This document shows, in pieces, positions 18,686 through 27,434 of a DNA stretch of 64,000 bases; position 1 is the first letter of the stretch, and the number at the start of each line of letters is the position of its first letter. The stretch covers positions 32,001 to 96,000 of the forward strand of contig JBGPGO010000013.1 in NCBI GenBank assembly GCA_041483895.1. Reading direction: 5' to 3'. Under the pieces are notes generated by a model. It made no database searches. It worked only from the letters and a program-made list of their open reading frames with translations, and was not told where the DNA came from. Position numbers and translations under genes: made by a program. The stretch is from Fimbriimonadia bacterium. Lineage in GTDB: Bacteria > Armatimonadota > Fimbriimonadia > Fimbriimonadales > JABRVX01.

Positions 18686-20713
18686 ATGATTTTCCGGGTT
18701 TGGAAAGGACTGCTCGCCTGCTTCTGGCTTCTGCCCGCGGTTTCCAACGCGGACGTCTCACGGTTCGCGACGGAAGATGCCCGGCTGCTGAAACCCATCG
18801 ACATCCGTGCCAATTGCCTGACCGCTCGGCGCTTTACGGAGCTGCTTGGGAAGAAGGTCGGCGCGAAGATGAGCGCCACTTCCCGCGTCGGGGATGACTT
18901 GCTGATCGTCTCCGCGCTCGCCCGCCCGGCCGCCGAAATCATGGATCGCGTCGCGGCGCACTTCAGCTTCACTTGGGAACGGTCGGGGAAAACGGCGCCG
19001 TTTAGCTACGTGCTCACCCAATCGGATGTTCAGGTGGGGGCGGAGCGCAAGGCGAGGGAGGCGCGCGACGCCGAGATATTCGACAATGCCCGCTCGCTGA
19101 TGAACGCGCTCGTTGCCGCATACAAGCTGGGCGATACCGAGAGGGCCACCAAGGCGGCGGAATACCAGAAGGCTGTGCTGACGGAGACCGACCCGGAGCG
19201 GATCAAAGAGCTGAATCGCGGCGATGCAGCCATGTGCGCGGATATCGTCAGTCTCCGGGCGAGGCTGTTTGCCGCTGTCGGCATGGATTTGTCGGAGGCG
19301 AGTTGGCAGAAACTGCGGAATGGTGAGACGCTGGTTTACAGTACACGACCGATTTCTGGTGAACGGAAACTGCCTCAGCCGGCGATGAAGGACGTCGAGA
19401 CCGTAATCACATGGGTGAAAATCCTATGTTGCCAACGGGGTATGCAAGGCGCCATATATTCCGTTCGAGGAGTGGACGGGATCGCGGAATTGTCCGACCA
19501 CGCGGCCGTCGATTTAGACCATCCTCCTGCGTATCTGATCTGCAATATCCAATTGCGATATTTCGACGGCATCTTGGCGTCGGCCGTCACCGTCCGCACG
19601 CCGGAGCGACATGCCATCGCCGGCGGATCGTATTACTTGAAAGACACAAAGCAGCCGGCCGGGACCAAGCCGGCAACGCCACCGGACATACCGGAAGAAT
19701 CGACGCTCAATCAAAAGTATCAATTGCCGGAAGGGCTCAAGGCCTTCGCCCGATCCGGCAAGCTGCGGCCGGGATTCTTCTTCCGTTCCGCGTGGGCGGA
19801 GGACAAGTCGAAGGAGTTCACCGAGCCGCTTTCCGTCAGCTATGGGGAGCTGCTTCTGAGCTTGGCCGATGCGGCCGGGATGTTGCTGGTTGCCGATGCA
19901 TTCGATCAGCACGATATGGAGCCTTCCGTTTTGCCAAAAGGCACGATTGCCGATTGGCTGACGGCCGTATGCAAAGGGACCGAATCGCAATGGGCGATCG
20001 ATGGGCAGTGGATCACAGTCCGTTGCCCGCGATATCCGATCTATCGCGCGCTGCAACTCTCGCCTGCTCTGCGTGCGCGAATCTATGAGGCGTTTGCGAA
20101 ATATGGCTATCCCGGCATTAAGTTTTGCGCCGAGATCGCGCGGCAAGTGACATCGGAGCCGAAGTGGAGCGTCGCTCCGTTTATCCGCGGACTTGGTCTT
20201 ACGACGACGCACTTTCCGGTGACGCAATACCCGTGGCTGAAGGTGATCGATGTGCTGCCGGACGAGACGCTGGGCGAGATGTTGAAAGGCCGCAGTGTTT
20301 TGCTCGGAGCGCTGCCGCCCGCGACGGTGCCAGCGTTGCGGAATGCGGTGGTGAGCGGCTGGCCGATCCCCGGCATGGAACCGACGGAAGAGCTGTCAAC
20401 CGCGGCGGCGCTGGCGATCAGTTTCGAATTGCAGGGGGATGTGATTCAATATCACGACGACGCGGAGTTGGGTCCCTCGCTGTTCACGCCGATGACCTTC
20501 GAACGCTGCCGCGAAATCTTCGATGCGTATCAGCACGGGCGGATCCAGGACCTGGACGGGGTGACGTTCGGCTATGTCCGGTTTGGCAGTTTGGCTACCT
20601 ACGCCATCCATCTCATCGGCGATTCGGACACCGAGATGGCGACGTTCCAGATATTGCAGATGCCCCCCGGCCCCACCTGGCCCCTTACTTCACCGCCGCC
20701 TACGGGGAAGTAG
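18686..20713 (+). CDS. Secreted hypothetical protein with two STN/N0-like modules
   Basis: Signal peptide; DARLLKPIDI...ELLGKKVGAKM...PAAEIMDRVAAHFSFTW; second module ELLLSLADAAGMLLVAD...WAIDGQWITVR. Confidence 0.55.
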   Translation: MIFRVWKGLLACFWLLPAVSNADVSRFATEDARLLKPIDIRANCLTARRFTELLGKKVGAKMSATSRVGDDLLIVSALARPAAEIMDRVAAHFSFTWERSGKTAPFSYVLTQSDVQVGAERKAREARDAEIFDNARSLMNALVAAYKLGDTERATKAAEYQKAVLTETDPERIKELNRGDAAMCADIVSLRARLFAAVGMDLSEASWQKLRNGETLVYSTRPISGERKLPQPAMKDVETVITWVKILCCQRGMQGAIYSVRGVDGIAELSDHAAVDLDHPPAYLICNIQLRYFDGILASAVTVRTPERHAIAGGSYYLKDTKQPAGTKPATPPDIPEESTLNQKYQLPEGLKAFARSGKLRPGFFFRSAWAEDKSKEFTEPLSVSYGELLLSLADAAGMLLVADAFDQHDMEPSVLPKGTIADWLTAVCKGTESQWAIDGQWITVRCPRYPIYRALQLSPALRARIYEAFAKYGYPGIKFCAEIARQVTSEPKWSVAPFIRGLGLTTTHFPVTQYPWLKVIDVLPDETLGEMLKGRSVLLGALPPATVPALRNAVVSGWPIPGMEPTEELSTAAALAISFELQGDVIQYHDDAELGPSLFTPMTFERCREIFDAYQHGRIQDLDGVTFGYVRFGSLATYAIHLIGDSDTEMATFQILQMPPGPTWPLTSPPPTGK

Positions 20714-20715
20714 AG

Positions 20716-22437
20716 TTATCGGTCTCCAACCTGCTCGAAATTTAGAAAGGTGATTGCTAGATCTCGCAAGTCGACCTGCCCGCTCTTGTCGAGATCGCCG
20801 TAATCTTGGAGTTTACCAAAGTTCAGGAAAACTGCAGACACGTCAAAAATATCAACGACATCGTCCAGATTGCAATCGCCATTTACCAAATTCAATTCCA
20901 ACGTATCAGCTAAACTGTCGGTCAGGTCAACATCTCTGATCGTTCGACGCAACCAATTACTCGCCTTGACGGAAATGTCAATGTCGAGGGACGGCAAAGT
21001 AGTTGAAAAGTTTCCAATCTCATCGATGGTCACCGGGACTACATTGAATGGAACCTCAAAATCTCGAAATCGCAACTCTAAGACTACATTGGAAGGCATT
21101 TGGCCGGCCAAACTGCCAAACTGCACGCAACCGCTAACTGGGGACAATGTATCTGTACCAAGTTCCCGTACATATATATCGACAGTGAAATTATGGTCCG
21201 AATCTACCAACGGATCCTTATGCATAAAAGCAACACAATTTCCATTGCCGCTGACGAGAACCATACCTGGCTGGATACCATCATCTACATCAACCAAGTT
21301 GCGAGACACCTTCTCTGTCACATGTGTATGTGAGTAGCGAACCAAGGCGTTCAAAGCCTTATAGGGCGGTTCAAGCGCTAGGTTGGCTGCATCGGACCCG
21401 AATGCAATGACAGAGCCATCTGCTGAAACTGTTGGTCCCTGGCTTCCACCAATTCCTTTCTCATCAGCGTTTGAAACGGAAGCTACCGAAAATAAGCCGT
21501 CATTGCGATCCCATGCTAAGATGTCAGCATATTGGTCAGTTTTGGAAGCCGTCAGGTTCGATGCATAACATTCGAATGCTATGAATCTGCCCGAATCACT
21601 TATTGCAGGTCGAACGGAATTCGCATTTGCCTGAACATTTTGTTGTGTCTTCGTAATGCGAGTCGTCGTGCCCATGAGACGGTCTCGCACGAATATGTCA
21701 TATACGCCGTTCGTATCATCCCCTACAAGATTGGTAGCCCAACTTGCAAACGTCACATACCGGCCGTCCGGAGTCATGGCGGGTTGCATCGAATCCCCAT
21801 TCCCAACACCACCTGTGATAGCGACGGATATCAATTCTAGATCACCAGTTACCAGATTCTTGACGAAGACATCACCTTTACCATTAGAATCGGCAGGAAT
21901 CATGTTTGTTGCTGTCGTTGAGAAACAGATAAACGTGCCATCTGAACTAATGCTAAGTGAAGAGATGTTTGCATTCGGGGACTGTCCCGCGGCATTTAGG
22001 GAAGCCGGGTAAGTCGAATTTCGCAATCGGTCTCGAACAAACGCCTGATTCACAAGATTTGGCGATACTCCAAAATTTGACGCTGAGCTTAAGAAAGCAA
22101 TGAACCTTCCATCCCGGCCTATGATTGGCTGTCGGCTACCAGAGTTGCCTTGTTCTCCGGATGAAGAAATAGATACTAGCTCGGTTGAATTATTCAACCT
22201 GTCGCGCAAGAACACATCAAGTGTTCCATTCTGGTCGATCGGCACCAAATTTGTTGCCGCTGACCAGAAAACTACAAATCGCCCATCCGCGCTCATGGAT
22301 GGATCATAGCAATCAGCATTCGCCGAAGAACCATCGAACGCAAGGCTTACGACGTGCAGGTCACCCGTCTTGCAAAACCCCACACTCACGAGTGAAAGCA
22401 GAAGCAAGGAGCAGGCAAAATTGCCGAATCGCATCAT
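20716..22437 (-). CDS. TolB/PD40-type beta-propeller with Ig/dockerin-like tail
   Basis: Repeats PSMSADGRFVVF, DTNGVYDIFVRDR; tail SNWLRRT...NGDCNLDDVVDIFD...GDLDKSGQVDLRDL...NFEQVGDR. Confidence 0.85.
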   Translation of the reverse strand: MMRFGNFACSLLLLSLVSVGFCKTGDLHVVSLAFDGSSANADCYDPSMSADGRFVVFWSAATNLVPIDQNGTLDVFLRDRLNNSTELVSISSSGEQGNSGSRQPIIGRDGRFIAFLSSASNFGVSPNLVNQAFVRDRLRNSTYPASLNAAGQSPNANISSLSISSDGTFICFSTTATNMIPADSNGKGDVFVKNLVTGDLELISVAITGGVGNGDSMQPAMTPDGRYVTFASWATNLVGDDTNGVYDIFVRDRLMGTTTRITKTQQNVQANANSVRPAISDSGRFIAFECYASNLTASKTDQYADILAWDRNDGLFSVASVSNADEKGIGGSQGPTVSADGSVIAFGSDAANLALEPPYKALNALVRYSHTHVTEKVSRNLVDVDDGIQPGMVLVSGNGNCVAFMHKDPLVDSDHNFTVDIYVRELGTDTLSPVSGCVQFGSLAGQMPSNVVLELRFRDFEVPFNVVPVTIDEIGNFSTTLPSLDIDISVKASNWLRRTIRDVDLTDSLADTLELNLVNGDCNLDDVVDIFDVSAVFLNFGKLQDYGDLDKSGQVDLRDLAITFLNFEQVGDR

Positions 22438-24164
22438 TGATCGCCCCGCAATTCGAAATTTAGGAATACGATTGTTAGATCAGTGACACCAACGATGCCG
22501 TTGAGATCCAGGTCGGCACTAGCATTCGGACTTTCAAACGCAGCGAGCACCGCGTTTAGATCACGCAAGTCGATGACAGTGTCGTAGTACGCATTTCCGT
22601 TGATGAGCGCAAAATCGACACCGACGGCATTACCGTTCGCAGTATCAACATTTGTTAATGTTTTCCGCAGCCAATGTCCGACCGCAACCGAGAGATCTAG
22701 CTTAGCCGGAGGAACCTTGGACGAATACGATCCGTCACCATTGATCGCGACCGGCTGAATCCGAAATGCCACGGTTCTCCCGGGGATTCGAAGTTCGAGA
22801 TTTACTTTGCTTGGCGGAGGACCGAGAATTTTGTCGAAGTCAAAGATTCCAGAGATTGTCGGCCATGGTGGATCGCCCAGCACTCTCACATAAGCAGTGG
22901 CCAAAAACGGCGAGTCGGGATTTAGATCTGGGGCATCCGAAATGAATCCGACGATTCCTCCATCCCCGCTAATCGTTGTCTTGTAAGAGTCCCCCCTCGA
23001 TTGGATCCCAAGGGTTGAAGCGGATACCAATTCGGTCTTGCTCGCAGACAGTATTCGGATGTAAACGTTCGCTGTCCCAACCCCAGGGATATCATCGAAG
23101 TTCTTGGCGCTACTGATGAATGCAATTCGGTCCCCGTCATTTGACATACATGGCGTATAAGAACCGTTATCTGCCGGTACTCCGTTGGAATTCACAGTTA
23201 CCAATTGCGTCGTATGTTCAGCTTGGTCCCTGCGATAAATATGGCCAGCGACAGTTGTTACCAACGGATCGATATTATTCGACTCTGTAACGAACGTCAC
23301 AAACTTGCCATCCGGGGTTAGTGACCCCAGATAACCTGCCCGATTCCCCTGCACTCCCGCCGAAGACTTTGACACGAGCTCTGTACGGTAGTTAACACGA
23401 TCTCGCACAAACACATCACTGAACCCGTTCGTATCGCCCGATACTAAATTGGAGCTAAGACTCTCAAAGGCGACATATCGGCCATCCCCACTAACATAAG
23501 AATGCATTGACGCGCCGCTTCCCTGCTTCAAAGGAACGCCGTCTGCAATGGAGATAAGCTCTGTAGTCCCTAATAGTCGATCCCGCAGAAAAACATCATC
23601 CTGCTTATTTAGATCTCCTGTGACCAGATTCGTAGCCTTTGATGAAAAGGCAACGAATCTGCCATCTTGCGAGATCGTCGGGCGGTAACTATCCCCACTT
23701 CCTTGCACACCGGAACTGGAGCATGAAACAAGTTCGATCTGTCGTGAAGCACGATCCTTCAGGAAAATCTGCTGCTTGCCGTTTGTTCCACCCGCCAATA
23801 GATTTGTCGCAGCGCTCTGAAAGACGATAAATCTGCCGGAAGCATCAATACTGCAGTTGCCTGACGGACCATTTGCCTCTGCTCCGGTCGATGAAATTGA
23901 AACCCGCACGGTTGTAAGTAAAGACAGGTCACGAACGAAGACATCGCTGACAGTATTTCGATCGTTCGCCACTAGATTTGCGGCGTTGCTGGAAAAAGCG
24001 ACATAACGCCCGCTTGCACTCATCGCCACATCGTTAGATTGAAGGTCGCCGACGTCCCCATGGGTTGAAATGCTAACAAAGTCGTTCATGCCCTGATCGG
24101 CTCTCGCCAGAGCAAGGCTGACTGCCAAAAGGCTGAACGTGGACAATTTTATAGACTGTGCCAT
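22434..24164 (-). CDS. TolB/PD40-type beta-propeller with Ig/dockerin-like tail (paralog)
   Basis: Repeats SQDGRFVAFSS, DTNGFSDVFVRDR; tail GHWLRKT...NGNAYYDTVIDLRDL...DLDLNGIVGVTDL...NFELRGDQ. Confidence 0.85.
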   Translation of the reverse strand: MAQSIKLSTFSLLAVSLALARADQGMNDFVSISTHGDVGDLQSNDVAMSASGRYVAFSSNAANLVANDRNTVSDVFVRDLSLLTTVRVSISSTGAEANGPSGNCSIDASGRFIVFQSAATNLLAGGTNGKQQIFLKDRASRQIELVSCSSSGVQGSGDSYRPTISQDGRFVAFSSKATNLVTGDLNKQDDVFLRDRLLGTTELISIADGVPLKQGSGASMHSYVSGDGRYVAFESLSSNLVSGDTNGFSDVFVRDRVNYRTELVSKSSAGVQGNRAGYLGSLTPDGKFVTFVTESNNIDPLVTTVAGHIYRRDQAEHTTQLVTVNSNGVPADNGSYTPCMSNDGDRIAFISSAKNFDDIPGVGTANVYIRILSASKTELVSASTLGIQSRGDSYKTTISGDGGIVGFISDAPDLNPDSPFLATAYVRVLGDPPWPTISGIFDFDKILGPPPSKVNLELRIPGRTVAFRIQPVAINGDGSYSSKVPPAKLDLSVAVGHWLRKTLTNVDTANGNAVGVDFALINGNAYYDTVIDLRDLNAVLAAFESPNASADLDLNGIVGVTDLTIVFLNFELRGDQ

Positions 24165-24220
24165 CGCGAAACTCCGTGAAACACGAATAGCAACAGTATA
24201 TCACCGGATACAGGACAAAG

Positions 24221-26335
24221 CTACAATTCCCTCCCATACAGCTCCGCCCACTCGGACTGCGAGATGAGAATCTCGCGAGGGCGGGGACCGTCCAGCGGCC
24301 CGACCACCCCGCGCATCTCCATGATATCGATCAGCCGCGCCGCGCGCTGATACCCAATCTTGAACTTCCGCTGCAACAGCGACGTAGATGCCTGGCCGTT
24401 GGAGACCACCAACCGCACCGCATCCAAATAGAGAGCATCCTCCCCATCGTCCGATCCCGCCTTGCGCCCGCCGCCGCCCTCAATCGCCGCCGGCGTAATC
24501 GTGTACTCCGGCGCCTCCTGCTGCTTCCAATGCTCCACAATCGCCGCGATATCCGCCTCGCTGATGTAGCATCCCTGAATGCGCGTGGGCTTGGGCGCAT
24601 CGATGGGCAGGTACAGCATATCGCCCCGCCCAATCAAACGATCCGCGCCCGTCTGGTCCAAAATCGTGCGGCTGTCGATCGCCGACGTAACCGCAAACCC
24701 AATGCGGCTGGAGATATTCGCCTTGATCGTCCCGGTGATGACATCCACCGACGGCCGCTGCGTCGCAAGCAACAAATGTATCCCAGTCGCGCGGGCCAGT
24801 TGCGCCAGCCGGCAGATGCAGTACTCCACCTCCGCCCCCTGCTGCATCATCAGGTCCGCCAATTCGTCCACCACCACAACGATAAACGGCATGCGCTGGT
24901 TATAGGAAACCTTTGCGTTATAGCTCTCTATGTTCTTGGCCTGCGCCTCGGACAGAATATCGTAGCGCTTGTCCATCTCCGCCAAAATAGACTTGAAAAT
25001 CCCCGCCGCCTTTTTCACCTCTTTAACAACGGGGCACATCAGGTGCGGTACGCCATCGAACAGCGTTAATTCCACGCGCTTCGGGTCGATGAGAACCAGC
25101 CGCACGTCTTTCGGCGTGTTGCGCATCAGCAGCGAAGATATCATGGCCGACAGCCCGACGCTCTTACCGGAATTGGTGGCGCCCCCCATGAGCAAATGGG
25201 GCATCTTCGCCAGATTGGCATAGCGCGCGTGGCCGGAGACATCTCTTCCCAACGCTAGAATGAGCCGGTCGGGAAGGTCCATGATCTCCTTGTGCGCCAA
25301 GATCTCCTTCAGCCCCACGGTGGCGGGATTGTCGTTGGGGACCTCCACGCCGATGGCCGACTTGCCGGGGATCGGCGCCTCCACGCGCAGACCGATGGCG
25401 GCGAGGGACATGGCCAGATTGTCCGCCAAACTCACAATTTTGGAAACTTTGATGCCTGGGCCAAGCTGGATTTCGTATCGCGTGACGGTGGGCCCCTGCG
25501 CGACCTCCACCACGTCCGCCTCGATGCCGAACTCCTCCATGGTGCGCTCCAGCACCTCGATCTTCTTGCCCACTTCTGCGACGGTGCTCTTGTTCGCCAC
25601 GGGAGGATCGTGGAGGATTCTTAGCGGCGGAAGGACGTATCCCTCTCGCTGTTGGCCCTCCAGGTTGGCGGGCGTGGGTTTCGGCGCTTTTTGCACCACC
25701 GGCTTCGGCTTTTCGGCGACCGGCTCCTCTTCGACAACAGGCTTGGTCGGCAGCTTCACGACCGCCTTCCCCGTCTGCTTCAAAACCTTCCTCTTCCGTG
25801 ACCGGTCCCGCCACCACGTTGTGAGGGCAGTAAATTTCCCCTCTAAAACATGGAAGATCGGATAGTTCGTGGCAGTCACGATTCCTAAAGCCCCGATGGC
25901 CCCAATCGCCACCGGGCCCGCCACGCCGAAGCAGAAGTGCATCGCCATCGCCAGCGCCGCGCCGATGTAACCGCCGCCGGCCATCACCATCTCCGGATCG
26001 AACCAATCGCCCCGATATTTGGCGGCCAATCCAAGAACGGAAACCACAGTTAAAATGAGACCCCAAAAAAGAGAAGAAAGACGAAGTCTTCGGCCAAACG
26101 CCACCGCCCCGGCGAAAATGAACAGCAGCGGCGGCACCAGCCACGCCCCCACGCCGAACATCATCCGGAAGAAATCCGCCGCCGCCTGCCCCACCACCCC
26201 GCGGTCCGCCAGCAGCAGCCCGGCCAGCACAATGACCCCGGACGCGAACAAAACGATGGCCGCGCCGTCGTTGCGCTTTTGCTTGCGCTTGGCCGCGTCC
26301 TTGCGTGCGGGCGCCGATCGGGTTCTTGTGCTCAC
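24221..26335 (-). CDS. ftsK: DNA translocase FtsK/SpoIIIE
   Basis: 4TM N-terminus, PHLLMGGATNSGKS, VDELADLMM, ATQRPSVDVI, gamma domain STSLLQRKFKIGYQRAARLID. Confidence 0.96.
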   Translation of the reverse strand: MSTRTRSAPARKDAAKRKQKRNDGAAIVLFASGVIVLAGLLLADRGVVGQAAADFFRMMFGVGAWLVPPLLFIFAGAVAFGRRLRLSSLFWGLILTVVSVLGLAAKYRGDWFDPEMVMAGGGYIGAALAMAMHFCFGVAGPVAIGAIGALGIVTATNYPIFHVLEGKFTALTTWWRDRSRKRKVLKQTGKAVVKLPTKPVVEEEPVAEKPKPVVQKAPKPTPANLEGQQREGYVLPPLRILHDPPVANKSTVAEVGKKIEVLERTMEEFGIEADVVEVAQGPTVTRYEIQLGPGIKVSKIVSLADNLAMSLAAIGLRVEAPIPGKSAIGVEVPNDNPATVGLKEILAHKEIMDLPDRLILALGRDVSGHARYANLAKMPHLLMGGATNSGKSVGLSAMISSLLMRNTPKDVRLVLIDPKRVELTLFDGVPHLMCPVVKEVKKAAGIFKSILAEMDKRYDILSEAQAKNIESYNAKVSYNQRMPFIVVVVDELADLMMQQGAEVEYCICRLAQLARATGIHLLLATQRPSVDVITGTIKANISSRIGFAVTSAIDSRTILDQTGADRLIGRGDMLYLPIDAPKPTRIQGCYISEADIAAIVEHWKQQEAPEYTITPAAIEGGGGRKAGSDDGEDALYLDAVRLVVSNGQASTSLLQRKFKIGYQRAARLIDIMEMRGVVGPLDGPRPREILISQSEWAELYGREL

Positions 26336-26343
26336 CGGCCCGG

Positions 26344-26367
26344 ATTATAGCAGACGTATGTCACAAT
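26344..26367. promoter_or_regulatory. Back-to-back extended -10 promoters for ftsK and purS
   Basis: Minus TGcTATAAT 8 nt before ftsK GTG; plus TGtCACAAT 6 nt before purS ATG. Confidence 0.6.
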
Positions 26368-26373
26368 GAAGGC

Positions 26374-26607
26374 ATGCCCAACGTCCGCATCTATGTCCGT
26401 TTGAAGCCCGCCTTGCTCGATACGGAGGGGCGGGCGGTCGAATCGGCGTTGCATAAATTGGGGTGGCCTTCGGCGGCTCATGTGCGGATCGGGAAGCTGA
26501 TCGAGATGGAACTGCCGGGCGGGGACGAGGCTGTTGTTCGAGAAATGTGCGCGAAACTGCTGGCGAATCCGGTGATCGAGGAGTACACCATCGAGGTGGG
26601 CGCGTGA
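26374..26607 (+). CDS. purS: FGAM synthase subunit PurS
   Basis: LKPALLDTEGRAV, VRIGK, KLLANPVIE. Confidence 0.95.
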   Translation: MPNVRIYVRLKPALLDTEGRAVESALHKLGWPSAAHVRIGKLIEMELPGGDEAVVREMCAKLLANPVIEEYTIEVGA

Positions 26608-27293
26608 AAGTTGCTGTCGTGCAATTTCCAGGGTCCAACTGCGATCAGGACGCTCTGTTTGGTGTTCGTCTGCTGGGGCATCAGTCGGAATATGTGTGGC
26701 ACGCTTCCCGCATCCCGTCGGGATTCGACGCCGTCATCGTGCCGGGCGGGTTCACGTTTGGGGACTATCTGCGCTGCGGGGCGATTGCGCGGTTTTCTCC
26801 GGCGATGGAGTCGGTGCGGGACATGGCGGCGGCCGGCGCGCCGGTGCTGGGGATCTGCAACGGGTTCCAGATTTTGTGCGAATCGGGCCTCCTTCCCGGC
26901 GCCCTTGTCCGCAACGCCTGCGGGCGTTTCGTCTGCCGCGACATCTATCTGCGCGTCGATTCCACCGAATCCATTCTCACCTCCAATTGCCACCTCGGCC
27001 AGGTTCTGCGCATGCCGGTGGCGCACGGCGAGGGCTGCTATGTCATCGATCCTGCCCATCCCCCGCGCGTGGTGCTGCGCTATTGCGATGCGTCAGGCGA
27101 CTGCACCTCCGACTCCAACCCCAACGGCTCCGAGGACCACATCGCGGGGGTAGCGAACGATCGCGGCAACGTCGTCGGCATGATGCCCCATCCGGAGAGG
27201 GCTGTATCGGAGATGCTGGGGTCGTCGGACGGGAGCGCATTATTGGATTGTCTCCTGCAAATGACCGCCTTCAAGGTCGCCATCACCCTGTAG
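26604..27293 (+). CDS. purQ: FGAM synthase glutaminase subunit PurQ
   Basis: FPGSNCD, PGGFTFGDYLR, GICNGFQ, GMMPHPER; GTG overlaps purS stop. Confidence 0.96.
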   Translation: MKVAVVQFPGSNCDQDALFGVRLLGHQSEYVWHASRIPSGFDAVIVPGGFTFGDYLRCGAIARFSPAMESVRDMAAAGAPVLGICNGFQILCESGLLPGALVRNACGRFVCRDIYLRVDSTESILTSNCHLGQVLRMPVAHGEGCYVIDPAHPPRVVLRYCDASGDCTSDSNPNGSEDHIAGVANDRGNVVGMMPHPERAVSEMLGSSDGSALLDCLLQMTAFKVAITL

Positions 27294-27434
27294 ACACTGT
27301 TTTCCGTGTGAGCACTAGGCAGCTTGTCCACAATACTTTCCCATTCTAGGCTCTACGAAATCTTCGCCTTTGGACAGTTTAGACGCCGCACAATTCGCGT
27401 CGAACTATGATATCATAAGGTATCGTGGGTTGAT

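Noticed and set aside
24221..26335. Conjugative or defence FtsK/HerA
   Set aside because: Has the 4TM anchor and gamma domain of housekeeping FtsK.
27324..27332. DnaA box / origin
   Set aside because: Single mismatched TTGTCCACA with no cluster or dnaA.
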